A stretch of DNA of 64,000 nucleotides from Lingula anatina (taxonomy: Eukaryota > Animalia > Brachiopoda): the NCBI GenBank assembly GCA_051362555.1, contig CM120643.1, positions 21,394,848 to 21,458,847 on the forward strand. Direction: 5' to 3'. This document shows, piece after piece, positions 12,946 to 26,204 of the stretch. Each line of letters starts with the position of its first letter. Position 1 is the stretch's first letter. The notes under the pieces are model-generated. The model was not told the DNA's origin, searched no databases, and was given only the letters and a program-made list of their open reading frames with translations. The position numbers and the translations under genes were made by a program.

Positions 12946-13281
12946 GTGTTGTACGTGCCGGGAAATGTCGGATCGTACACGTTTGAACCAAAGACCGTTG
13001 CCAAGTCGTCTTTTTTGTTGACACACCAAAAGTGGAGCAAAGCAGACTATTATTTGTATCGCCATTTTTTGGCTAAATTCAAAGAGACTCTAAAGCATCA
13101 AGGGCAAAATTTTTTTGACGAAGTTGAAATATTCCGCAAAGCCCTGAGCAAGATCAAAAAATGTGGCGGCGTAGAATATGTGAAAATAGATGGAACGGGC
13201 TCTCGGGGTCTCACTTATTCTCGACACACAAAAATAAACTGCATACCAGGTGGCATCTTCATCCCCATATCTAGTACATGA
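12946..13281 (+). pseudogene. Duplicated 3' fragment of the sulfotransferase exon 2 (no 5' part, no PAPS-binding motifs)
   Basis: Near-identical to 9791-10126; begins exactly at the tandem duplication junction. Confidence 0.85.
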
Positions 13282-13576
13282 ATGGTGGACATTCTTAAAA
13301 AGGAATATGTAAAAAAGGCAGTACAAAATTATTTGTTCACTTGTCCGCAAATAGACAAGTATCAACAATGTTAAGCGCCCTTAAACCTTAGAACTAACGC
13401 CTTTAAAGACACGTAAGGCATGTTCTACAGTTTTATTGTTGTGAATTATCAAAATGCGGTAAATTTTGAATTAAACTTATCTCAATCATAGTGTTTGTTT
13501 AAAATATAACACCATAATGTACCACATAGAATGAATTGATCAAACAACAGTTTAATAATTGACTTATCCCCCACTA

Positions 13577-13960
13577 CTTCTTCTTCATGTGCCATCACCG
13601 ATTCGGTGTTTGACGAACGATGATATTCGGCCAAAGGGTTCTATTTCTCGCCCATGACGAAAGGTGTCTTGTTGGTAAGTCAAAATTGTCAAGAAAGGAT
13701 TTTCGATGTCTGCCTCGGGCACTTTTGCCAGGTATTCTTCCGCTCAGGCTAAGATCTTCTAATCCCTCTTTTCTGATGCAATGTCCCAAGAACTTCAGTT
13801 GTCTTTCTCTGACAGTGTTGAGAAGCTGTCTTTTTTGATCAATCTGTTTAAGGACCTCTTCATTTGTAACATGCTCAATGTAGGAGATTCGGAGCATTCG
13901 CCTGTAGAACCACATTTCAGCTGCTTCAATGTTACGTTGAGTTTCTGCTGTCAAAGTCCC
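13577..13960 (-). mobile_element. Duplicate copy of the RTE LINE fragment
   Basis: Same ORF (13595-13954, EMWFYRR) and (GAA)n tail within duplication copy 2. Confidence 0.85.
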
Positions 13961-16267
13961 TCACTGCTACTCAATTGCAAATGTTATCCAATCAGTCCAG
14001 GGTACCTTCTACCCCTAGCCTAATCATAAAGTTCCAAACAAAAAAGTCCGCGTTCTGCAAAAAGATAAAAAAATGTTATTTCACCAAAAAAAAAAAAAAA
14101 TGCTTAAAAGGTGTCAATGAGTCTTTCAAACTTGGACGATCGTTTCTCTAAATTTCTAAATGTAACCAATGTTTGAGAAAAGCCATGTCTCACAACGACT
14201 GGTCTTTAATTCTATTTTATTCCCAGTTGATATGGAAGTTCAACTGTACACCGAATCAATTGAAGGTATATCCAAAGAAGGATTTTTATACCAAAACTCA
14301 TATTCTACTAATTATCCCAGGGTAAACGGCTCACCACCACCCCCCCCCCCCCCCATTATCCAATCTTTAATCTTCCTTTCCTGACACTCACCATAACTCT
14401 GTAAAAATTTTCGATAAAAACAAATATCAAAACCTGCGATCAAGCAGAGGTTTTTCAGATACGCCATTCGCACATTCAAGCTATTACTCAATTTCCAGAT
14501 ATCGTGCCGTGAAGCGCGCTACTTTTAAACTGTGTCAAGCTTAAAACCACTACCGAGGTTGCAGGTTGGCAGGGAACGGTGAATATGATTATTTTAAGGC
14601 CATTTATCTGTCATTTTATGTTTAAAAAGTTTAATTAAAATTGCTCTCAGATAAGTTCAACAAGAAGCGATCCATGCATATAGAATCCGTTTTAAATTCT
14701 ACATTGGAGGTCTTTAATATAAGTGTACCGCTCGGTGATAAAAGAATTTATGAGTTCTTTTTTATCCCGTAAACTGCAGAAGCACGAGTAAAAGCAGATG
14801 ATTCTCAAATGAAAGAATACTTTCTAGTTCCATTGGCGGTTAGTGGGGGGAGTTAGGGGGGGGGAGGGGGGGGATAGAACCCCCTTTTTGCTGGGAAAAG
14901 GTCCCCTCTGGGTAAAATTTCATCTAGGTACATAAAGGTTTCATAGTAAAGGGTCCACTTTTCCAGAAAAAAAAACCTTTTGAAATTGCTGGCAACGGGC
15001 ATGGTTGTCATCTTGAGTTGTGACATCATGACGCTAAAAACAAAAGAAGGTGCTTCCCAGGTTTCTTTAAATTGCTTCAACATTTCTCATGGCAATTTTC
15101 ATAAATACAGTTTTTCAAGCTGGAAACAAGCAGAAATGACAAAAATTCAGGTTTTGTACTATAAGCATCAACCATAAAACCTTTGCCTGACGGGGGCTCA
15201 GCCAAATTGGATTTTTGGCCATCGGCTCATATATGCGAAGTTGTACAGTGAATTGAGCTTTTGCTGAATACTTGGCAATTTGTTCAACGTAACACTTGAA
15301 TAATTCATCGCAAGCCATATGTTCACAGGCTACCAGCATTATAGGCTTCCACTTAGATACGGCTTGTAAAGGTAATGCAAATTTTGAGTATACATTTTTA
15401 ATTTACTTCACCCCAAGTGACAGTGCACTGTCAGATCTAACTGTATTCACGCCTTCATTATTCCCCAGTTTGATCATTTTATTTAATCCATTAAAAACGT
15501 AACAAAAACGTTGTTTTTTATTTACTAGCTATGTACACAAAACCGTGCCCAAACAGTCGGCTGGGTCTGGCAAGAACATATCTAAGAACATGAATACCCC
15601 TTGGCCCAAAGGCAAGAACCCTTCAGGCTGCAGGTATAATCATCACACAAAGAAAATGCATTTATGACATAATTTTACAAGTAGGACATAGTATCACACA
15701 GCACATTTGATAAATAGGCCAATATTCAATACAAAAAAGTGTTCATCAATCCATCTCGTCAATAACAAGGCAAGATGACTAATATTTTATTGCTAAATTA
15801 GTCATTGTCAAAACGTCATTCAAAAATGCCAACTTCAAACCGAAATATACAATCAATACATTTAGAGAAGAAAAATCCATTGCTACATGATATAGCGAGA
15901 GTAGCCTTGTCTTCTGTCTATACCAACTGCAACTATATCATTTGCAAGAGACAACATTTCATTGATTACAAAAATGATCATGAGTAAATACAGGGGGGCG
16001 GTTGCTCAGATTTTTACAGGTTTTAAAGCTTCTAATTTGATTACAAACTCGATTCAGACTGCACCGATAAAATTATCGACTGAAATACCACCGCAATATG
16101 TGAATACTTCATGAAATATTAAGTGCCATCAACCGCATGCTATGTGTCTTTTTAAGACGTATGTTTATCACAATAATATGGACACGGGCTTATGAAACTT
16201 TTTCTTATTTGTACATGTGTCATTAGTAATTATCTTATAATACACGCCACAACAAGAGATCTCCTCG

Positions 16268-19200
16268 TAGTCCATGAGCCAAATTGAAAAAAGGCCTTAT
16301 TTAAGGATTTGGCTGCACCCCCCGTCAGGCAAAGGTTTTATGATTGATTCTTGTAGTTTAGAACCTGAATTTTTCATTTCTGCTTGTTTCCGGCTTGAAA
16401 AAGTGTCCGTTTGTACCGGAAACAGGCCAAATCCAAGATGGCCACCAGTAAATTCATGTGTCAACTGTAAATACAAAAATTGATTTAAAAGTTACTTAAC
16501 AACTTAATATTTTCAAAATTTGCACTGATCACAAGTACTTTGGCCTTCTTTGATTTTTCAGGCACTTTACATTTTTCAAGATGGCGACTGAATCCAAGAT
16601 GGCGGCCATTTCCTTACTTTTTGTGAAAAAAATACAAATACCTAAATTTGAAATTTTTTTTTATTAACCAAAAATTAGGAATATTTAACATGTTTTGATG
16701 TATTTGAATAAGTTGAAGTCTATATTTTTAATTTTTACCAGTTAATTTATCACAAAATTGTACATTTGAACACAGATGGCTCTAATCCAAGATGGCCACC
16801 ACATAAAATGGGCTTTTTGTTTTGATATGTCAACAAGCCTTTCTTAGTATAAAACATCTCAGACTACTTAATGGAGGATTTATTGCACAGGTCATGGTAT
16901 GAAATGTATGACTGAATAATTTAAATTGTTTTGAGATTTTGTTCAGGGTATAAAAATCCAAAATGGCCGCCAATTTCTGGATTCAAAACGTACATTATTT
17001 TGATTTGTATGTTAAAAAACATTAACTGAATAATAAGTAAATTAAAAACATTTATTTTTTGATAAATTTATCTGTATTGCAATGTCATTTTGCTTCTTAG
17101 ACACTTTATTCTGTCAAAAAGTGGTTAATTTTTCTTCATTTATCATGATTCCAAGTTTGCCATTGATAAAAATGAACTGCACGCTACCCGTATGGACAAT
17201 ACCACATGTTGTGAGCCTTACTTAAAAGGCTATTTCTGAGCTTTATTGTTCAAGTAATGGAATGGAATATATAACTGAATGATTCAAAATGGTTTTAGGC
17301 TTATAGTTTAGGGTTGAAAAGTCCAAAATGGCCGTCAATTTCTGGATCCAAAACATACATTATTTTGATTTGCATGTTGAAAAACATCAAATTGAATAAT
17401 TAGCCAATTAAAGATATTTATTTTTTGATAAATTTATTTGTATTGCAATCTCATTTTGTTTCTTGGAGACTTCATTCTGTCAAAAAGTGATTATTTTTGC
17501 TTCATTTATCATGATTCCAAGTTGGCCATTGTTGAAAATGAACTGCAACTACCTGTATGGACAATACCACGTTGAGAGCCTTACTAAACTGCGTACACAG
17601 TATTTCTGTACTTTTTTGAACTCATTTTTAAATTACTTTTTATCCTAAATAACTTTTTCTTTGAATTATTTCAAAGAAACTTTCTCAGATTTTTACATTG
17701 CAATTAATATTCAAGATGGCTGCTATTACGTACATTAAATATGCTAATTTATCTGATTCATTACTAATAATATATATATATAGAGAGAGAGAAATTAAAG
17801 AAACATTATTTTAAAACCACTGTGACATATATCTTTAATGTATCTTTAACATCCAGGCCTTTCTTGCTACTTTGACCATTCATATCCTTAAATTCATCAT
17901 ATTTTACTTGATTGCCATAAATCAATGACGGCTACCAATGAAAAAGAGTTGATTATAGTGAGTTGATTATGAACGAAAGCTTTATGTCTTTCTAGATTTC
18001 AAATTGAATGTCTTTTTCATGCAATAATTCATCTACAGTATTGTTTAATACAGTTCAAATTCTTGGAAGGCTACATTGAACAAATGATCCCTTCTGATTT
18101 TTTGCCCATAAATTCTCTGTACGTAATGAGAAAAAATCAAACTGCATTGAAAATGAATATAAAAGGCGTAATGTACATGTTTTTGATAAAACTGTATATA
18201 TTGCAGACTCCTTTTTCCTATTTTGGTATGATTTCGAAGCTTTCTCTTTTTAAAATATTTCAAATGTTTCAAATATGACAGGATATCCAAGATGGCAACC
18301 ATACTACTATTAACTGTGAATTCTTACCTTAAGCCATTCATGTAAATAAAAAAGTAAAAATAATCGAAATCAAATGTTAATTCTAAAAAGTTATACATTT
18401 AATTAATTTGATTGAATTCCAGTCTCCTTTTGCTAGTAAGTAATGGTCAAAAACATCAATAAAGTCAAGATGGGCTGCCACTGCAAATGATTTTCAAATA
18501 ATGGGGCTAGGACAATCATTACATCAAGTATTTCTTGAATACATCATTTTAAAAAGTTAAGCCTTTATTAAGAAGTTTAATTTTTTTATATTTTAAACCA
18601 GTTTCATGTCTACAATATTCAATATGGTCACCACTCAAGTTAAGAGTCTTATGCAGCAATGTATGTCTCAATTTGGCATCCATAGTCTTCTAAAGTCGGA
18701 TTCTCTCATGGCTCATCTTTTCCATGTTTTATAAGCAAGTTCTGTTTTAGAATCTACAAGCAAGGGAGGTGTTACAGGGTTTATGTCAGTATTTCATGGT
18801 GATTTTGCTTCAAAAGTCTATTCATTTTGCTGTAGCAAGTTGTTGACTTCTTTTAGTCTTTCTTTGAGAGACAGATTTATTCTACTTTGCTCTAGATAAT
18901 GTTTACTCCTTTGCCAGCGTGTCACTGTGTGGAATTACGGTAAACAGGCTGCTTTTGCAAGTTTCAGTCCTTAAGTCTCATGGTCTTCCTCTGAGATTGC
19001 TACCCAAAACCAATTGGTCAAATAGTACAGGTGACAGCTGTTTTGGGATTTTGCTATGCAACATTCATCTAGTTCACATGTCCAAGTCTACTTAGTCTTC
19101 TTTAGCACAGAAATGCCTGTTTAAAACTTCTGTAATAGTTACTCTGGCTTGCCTGATGATGCCAAAGGTTGTGTGCAAACACCTTTGTTTTAAGAGAGTG

Positions 19201-21893
19201 AGCCTCTTGCCCTGTGTTCAGATCTCTGATCCATATACACACATGTATGCGGGAGCCTAGTATGCATGCTTTATTACCTCTTCCGAGAAGGTCACATTTT
19301 CACCTTCGTTTGTCCATTTGTTATGGTTTCTCAGATTGTTATCAGCCTAACTCAAAAACTTCAGGATAGACTGAAGTGTTCAGGATAGGTCATTTTTTAG
19401 GCTAAAAGTAAGTAGATTTTGGTGGTGATCTATTTGTTAATTAGTTTATTAAGAAAGTTTGTTTTAGTCTGTGTTTCTCCAATGTTTGGATCTCCAAATA
19501 TTTTTCCTCAGAATAATGTTGGATTTTAAAAGAATTCATGGAACATATTGAGCAGTACCTATCCGTGAAGTGCAAGAATTACCTGCACCTATATATACAT
19601 TGTATCATAAACATCATTTGTCATGTTGTGCTTGAACTCCTTCATCGTCACTTACATGTGCCATACATCATTCACCATCAATGTACTTCACTTTGCAGCA
19701 CCACTTCATGAGTTCCCTGAATGTATTAATTATTATCCAGCACTGTTTTCTAAAGAGACAAAAGATGTTCTTGGAGATCCAGACATTTTCTTGCAACTTC
19801 TTTGCTGGTCTTACACCCCATTTCCATAGATTTTTAGATCGATCTATCCCTGTGGGGAGTCTCACTAGATTACTGTCAGCTTGGCTGGCTTAAGCGTCTG
19901 TCCCGCCTACTAAAAGCTGTAAGGGGGTAATTAATTATAGTGCCCGCTCGGCTGACTGCAATTTAGCGTGAACCCCCAGGGAGTTAGTTCGATCTAAATC
20001 TTAATCTCTAGATCAATCTAAATCTCTGGGAAAGCACCCTTAGTTTATGATAATGATTGCTTCCCGGATTTATACATGTAGAATAATGCTACAGCTGCAT
20101 GTTATCCATCCCTTTTTTTCAGATAAATTAAAGATTTTACCTTTTGGTTGCTTGAGGTTAGGATAATTCTGATTCTTCTTTACGATCAACACCTAGCAGA
20201 ATGTGAGAAATCTTATCACTACTACCAGTAAGTCCCTTTTTTGACTGAGATCCTGGCTGTTTCATCAAGCTTGACAGGGAACTTTCAACAAGCAATGTAC
20301 CAGTAACCCAAGTCCATTTGAAATGTAACAATAGAAGTGCTAAATTAAATTTTACAGCCCACCCCCCATATAACAAACTATTGATCCTTAAGTTGTAAAT
20401 GATGTACGTCACTTTTGTCAGGGCGTTTTGGGCATGCATTTTGTCTGCAATATTGAAAATTGTCATTTTACTAACCTATATAGTTGCTGCTGAAAAAAAT
20501 TGCTGTCCCTTGTGTGTTATGCATCAATTTCTGTTCAAGAAAACGGCAAAGCATTTGAGATTCACTCAACCTTATTAAGTACAGGCATGTATAAAATTAC
20601 GACTCAACAGTGTGTTTTCATCCATGTTTACATAAAATTCATTTTTTGTTGGTGGCCATCTTGGATATTTTTGATGATTGGAGCTTTGATAATTACTTTT
20701 TGGAAAAATTAGATTCTAAACAGCAAAAGGACACTGCAGTTTATCAAAATATAATCATTTGCCAATCATTCAGTTTGATGCTTTTCAACATGCAAATCAA
20801 AATGTCGTTTGTTTTGAATCCAGAAATTGACGGCCATTTTGGACTTTTCAACCCTAAACTACTAGTACAAGCCTAAAAGCATTTTGAATCATTCAGTTAT
20901 ATATTCCATTCCATTACTTGAACAATAAAGCTCAGAAATAGCCTTTTAAGTAAGGCTCATAACATATGGTATTGTCCATACGGGTAGCGTGCAGTTCATT
21001 TTTATCAATGGCAAACTTGGAATCATGATTAATGAAGAAAAATTAACCACTTTTTGACAGAATGAAGTGTCCAAGAAGCAAAATGAGATTGCAATACAGA
21101 TAAATTTATCAAAAAATAAATATTTTTAATTTGCTAATTATTCAATTTAATGTTTTTTAACATGCAAATCAAAATAATGTACGTTTTGAATCCAGAAATT
21201 GGCGGCCATTTTGGATTTTTATACCCTGAACAAAATCTCAAAACAATTTAAATTATTCAGTCATACATTTCATACCATGACCTGTGCAATAAATCCTCCA
21301 TTAAGTTGTCTGAGATGTTTTATACTAAGAAAGGCTTGTTGACATATCAAAACAAAAAGCCCATTTTATGTGGTGGCCATCTTGGATTAGAGCCATCTGT
21401 GTTCAAATGTACAATTTTGTGATAAATTAACTGGTAAAAATTAAAAATATAGACTTCAAATTATTCAAATACATCAAAACATGTTAAATATTCCTAATTT
21501 TTGGTTAATAAAAAAAATTCAAATTTAGGTATTTGTATTTTTTCACAAAAAGTAAGGAAAATGGCCGCCATCTTGGATTCAGTCGCCATCTTGAAAAATG
21601 TAAAGTGCCTGAAAAATCAAAGAAGGCCAAAGTACTTGTGATCAGTGCAAATTTTGATAATATTAAGTTGTTAAGTAACTTTTAAATCAATTTTTGTATT
21701 TACAGTTGACACATGAATTTACTGGCGGCCATCTTGGATTTGGCCTGTTTCCGGTACAAACAGACACTTTTTCAAGCCGGAAACAAGCAGAAATGAAAAA
21801 TTCAGGTTCTAAACTACAAGAATCAATCATAAAACCTTTGCCTGACGGGGGGTGCAGCCAAATTGGATTTTTTGGCCTTTGGCTCATGGACTA
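16268..21893. mobile_element. Non-autonomous fold-back DNA transposon with ~1.1-1.2-kb TIRs (Academ-like)
   Basis: Termini TAGTCCATGAGCCAAA...TTTGGCTCATGGACTA, 3-bp TSD TCG (16265-16267 / 21894-21896); ~16290-17450 is the reverse complement of ~20750-21860 (mirror ORFs 16274+ and 21687-); no transposase ORF. Confidence 0.88.
19814..20039 (+). mobile_element. PIF/Harbinger-type MITE nested inside the large fold-back element
   Basis: Imperfect TIR TTTCCATAGATTTTTAGATCGATCTA / TAGATCAATCTAAATCTCTGGGAAA; TSD TTA; near-identical copy at 45152-45377. Confidence 0.85.
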
Positions 21894-22184
21894 TCGGTTA
21901 TGCAGCTTATCGATGATCTTCTGCTTTTACTGACCTTCTTATATAGTGTACAACATTGCATGTAAGATAACTCTTGAGATTGTAACCCAGATAATCATAT
22001 ACTGACCGTATGAATTAAATAACAGTTATTTAAGATTGTTACTCAAGATATACTGTAGAATAATACTGACCGTTTGAATAACTTAAACTACCCTTATTGT
22101 CTTGAACCATAACTATCTTCATTGTCTCTAAATCATGAATTATAAATGCTTTGACTCATGACCACGAGTCGCATGATACATGTA

Positions 22185-22351
22185 CAGGGGCGGATCCAGG
22201 GTTATTTTCTGACAGTCTTCCAATTTATCTTTCTTGGTCCATCCTCCATTTTGACCGTCTTCCGACAAAAAGAATTAGATACCCGTCAATGTAAACTTGA
22301 AAATCTGACCGTCTTCCGGAAGACCCAGAAGACGCCCTAAATCCGCCCCTG
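22185..22351. mobile_element. 167-bp MITE with 5-bp TSD
   Basis: TIR CAGGGGCGGAT/ATCCGCCCCTG, TSD ATGTA on both sides, internal repeated TGACCGTCTTCC motif. Confidence 0.85.
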
Positions 22352-22714
22352 ATGTACACTACACCTTCTCAATCCCAAGATAATCTGGGGTATTTATGTT
22401 CCTAGATATTATATGAACAATTGTAACTGTCTCTCTCTGATAATGAATTATGTATATCTCTGTCTGTGGCATGTATTATAAGATAAATACTCATGACACA
22501 TGTAACATTCGCTTGGACCAAAAGTCTTTATGGAGCAATATGCACGATTTCTATGTGTCACTTCAGTATTATAGCTGATTTACCACACAAAATATATTAA
22601 TACATTTCCATCTTTAAGTATTTTTTTCTGAATTAATTTGCATTCTTTTTTTCTTTTTTTTTTTTTTTAAGGGATTTTTGTTGTATTTTTAATTGGCATT
22701 TGACGGTGTCTATC

Positions 22715-25360
22715 TAGTCCGGTGGCTTAAGGAAAAAATCGTGACACGGCGGATAAAAGCACCAAATTTTGCATGTGGGTACCTTTTGACATTCTAAATC
22801 AAATTAGAGCCGTAGCCCACGGAAAAAATTTACCGTTTGGCCAAAAAATCCAAAATGGCCGCCAATTTATTGAATTCTTTAGAAATATGTACATACCTAT
22901 GTTGATTTTTATCAAATAAATTATTTTCTCAGAGTTTTCCACACCCTTATTACCCATTTTATTCATATATGTCAGATAGCAAACAAGTTCCCTTGGACTT
23001 TTTGAAAAAATCCAAGATGGCTGTCATTTGCCATAGAAACAGCCATAGGAATACTAGTGCACAACTATTACCAGCTAGAACGATACGTTGTCCACTATCA
23101 AATTAAGTCTGTTTCTCAGATCTTTGTTACCCACATAATATGTTTGTGGTGAGTAACTACGAAGTGTTCTTGGGCATTTTGGAAAATCCAAGATGGCTGC
23201 CATGTGCCACAGGAATTCTAGTATACGGGGAATTCAACTAATGGCAACTGGAAAGATTAGTTTTTCACTATCAAATTAAGCTGGTTTCTGAGTGTTTTCC
23301 ACATCCTTTCTACCCAAACAATATGTATGTGGTTAGTAACTAACAGTATTCTTGGGCATTTTGAGAAAATCCAAGATGGCCGTCATATGTAATAGGAATA
23401 CTTCTAGTATTACAAAGGGTTGGAACTAATGCCAGCTAATTCACTATCAAATTCAGTTTATTTTTTGAGTGTTTAACACATTATTATTACACTGTGATAC
23501 ATATCTAGCAGGTAATAAATGTGCATATTTGATCATTTTGAGAAAACCCAAGATGGCCGTCACTGGCCATAGGAATACTACTGGAATTACAACTGCACAT
23601 CCATGGCTTTTCATCTACTACCAGGGTGAATTTGTTTTTGCTTATCAAGTTTTGCCCATCCTTATTAGTCCTATGATATATATCTGGTGGGTAAATACTG
23701 TGTATCCTTGAATCTGAGAAAAAGATACCTACAATTTAACATAGGAATACTAATGGGTGGGTTTCAATTGCTGCTAGAGAGGCATATGGTTCATTAATTA
23801 TACAATTACATTTCCATGGGTTTGTTTTAAAAATAATTTATGGTTTTCATTCCACTTATTATTACCCCTATGATGTATACCTGGTCTGTAGCATGTGTGT
23901 ATCTTTGGGTATTCTGAAAAAATTCAAGATGTCTGCCTTTTGTCATTAGCTAGAATATTCGAACACATAATCAAATAATGCTAGAGATACACCGAGTACG
24001 ATTTAAATGTAGTTAACTTTGGGTCGTTTTTAAATGTTTTTCATATCCTATGTGTTTTGAAAGTGTATATATCCTTGAGTATTATTCGGAGAAAACCCAA
24101 GATAGCTGCCAGTTGTCATAGGAATATATCATTCAAATGCACATAGGTGTCAATTAATAGAACAGTTCAAATAAAGCCGTTTGATGTTTAAACATGTTGA
24201 CATCCTTATTAACCTTACTCTTTATAAATCTGGTGTGTAGCAAGTGTGCATCTTGCATATTTGAGAAAATTCAAGATTGCTGCAATTCACAATAGGAATA
24301 GTACAGTCAACTACTGCCAGAGAAACATTGGGTTCAATATAAAATGAATTTTGTTTCTCGGTATTTCCCACATTCTTTTTGGACTTTTAGATATCTATCT
24401 GCTGGGTAACAAGTGTATACCCTTAAGTATTTTGAAAAAATATCATGATTACCCTCATTTGCCTTAGAAGTGCCTATAAAATCTAATGCACCAGTTTTCC
24501 TATGAGGAAAAGAAGGCCATCTTGGATTTCCCCAAAATGATAAAATATGGACATTAATTACCTAACAGATATGTGTCATGGGATAATAATACTAAAAAAA
24601 AAAGAATAACAACTGAATTCAGCTTCATTTTATTTGTAAGCCTATCTCTCACAGGTATTAACTGAACCCCACCTTCTACGGCTAATGGCAGCCATTTTGT
24701 TTTGTTTTGTTTTCAAAAAGGATACACATAACATTCTCATCACATATGTATTACGTTAATTAAAAAGATGTGGAAAATACTCAGAAACAAACCTAATTTA
24801 TCAATTAATATTATATCTCCATGGCAGAAGAAGCCCTATGTGTATACTAGTATTCCTTTGATATGGGGGCCATCTTGGATTTTTCTCGAATTGCCTGTGA
24901 ATAAAGGTTAGTTACTCCCCACAAATATATTATTTGTGTAATAAGAAACAAAATTAATTAGATAGTGGGCAATGCATCTTCCTAGTTGGCATTAGTTAGT
25001 TGAAAACCCTTGTACATGTTCTAGTATTCCTATGCCATACGGCGGCCATCTTGGATTTTTCAATAAGTCCAAGGACACTAGTTTGTTATCTGACACATAT
25101 GCATAATATGGGTAATAAGGATGTGGAAAACATTGAGAAAATACTTAATTTGATAAAAATCAACATAGATATGTATATATTTCTACAAAATTTCACAAAT
25201 TGGCGGCCATTTTGGATTTTTCGGCCAAACGGTAAATTTTTTCCGTGGGCTACGGCTCTAATTTGATTTAGTATGTCAAAAGGTACCCACATGCAAAATT
25301 TGGTGCTTTTATCCGCTGTGTCACGATTTGGCCATTTTTTTGCCCTAAGCAACCGGACTA
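22715..25360. mobile_element. Second non-autonomous fold-back element (Academ-like) with ~330-bp TIRs and internal degenerate ~176-bp repeats
   Basis: Termini TAGTCCGGT...ACCGGACTA, 3-bp TSD ATC (22712-22714 / 25361-25363); 22740-23040 mirrors 25040-25326. Confidence 0.88.
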
Positions 25361-26204
25361 ATCTTTGTTTTTCTCATTTCATCCAATGTAAGTTTTTTTT
25401 AAACTCCTATTAAAATGACCTTTCCTTGGCGTAGGTCTAGATCTGCTTTCTTGTTGTGCCCCTCGTTTGCAATGAAATGTCCTCTGTCGAGACTTAAAAT
25501 TGTTTTAGTTAGCCCGTCGCGATGAGGTTTAAGTCAGCGAAGAAACAACCATTTTGCATGGGAATGTTAAAGGGATAATAACTCTTCGTATGAGATCTAT
25601 ATTTCACAATAAAAACATTGTGAACAACGCATAGAAATATGATAGATTCTGTTGTACCACAAAACCGTCAGTTATAGCTTTTATTCTGATATCTGAGCTT
25701 GTCTTTAGACCACGTGACCTCCATTGATGGCTATACTCTGTTATAATCTCTTAAGAGATTATAACGAAAAAAAGAACTTTTTAGAAAAAAACCAGGGACT
25801 AACTTTGAATGTAAAAATGGATTCATTAACCATTGGTAAGTATGGGAAAATTGTTGTTTACTCCAGGAAAATTCATTTTTTGGCCAAAAAGGAAGAGTTA
25901 TTATCCCTTTAAACGAAGGAAAATGACACCTTTTAATAGTGACCTCGGTGGGGGCGATTTGGCACTGCAGTTCTGGAGTAATTCTTTCATGTTGCGCCTT
26001 TCGTTCAGCAACTGTTCTACGTAGCCTAATTTGCTTTCAAGGACAGAAATACAGATATAAAGCAACTTTGTTGAAGCGTAGAGAAGCAGTCGTACTCGTA
26101 CCAGTAGTGGGTGCTGATTGTGATTTCCTCGTTTTTATGCCATTGGGTTTCACGTTCTATGCCGTGCCAACGCCAAGAAAAGCACACGGGGTAACCGAAT
26201 TATC

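Larger units (their letters stand above)
9791..16122 (+). repeat. Head-to-tail tandem segmental duplication: copy 1 9791-12945, copy 2 12946-16122
   Basis: Near-identical sequence and duplicated ORFs in the track; GTG microhomology at the junction (12946-12948); few SNPs, homopolymer changes and a 27-bp indel differ. Confidence 0.95.

Noticed and set aside
16274-16483. Mirror-image ORFs at 16274+ and 21687- as duplicated genes
   Set aside because: They are chance ORFs within the transposon TIRs with no recognisable protein features.
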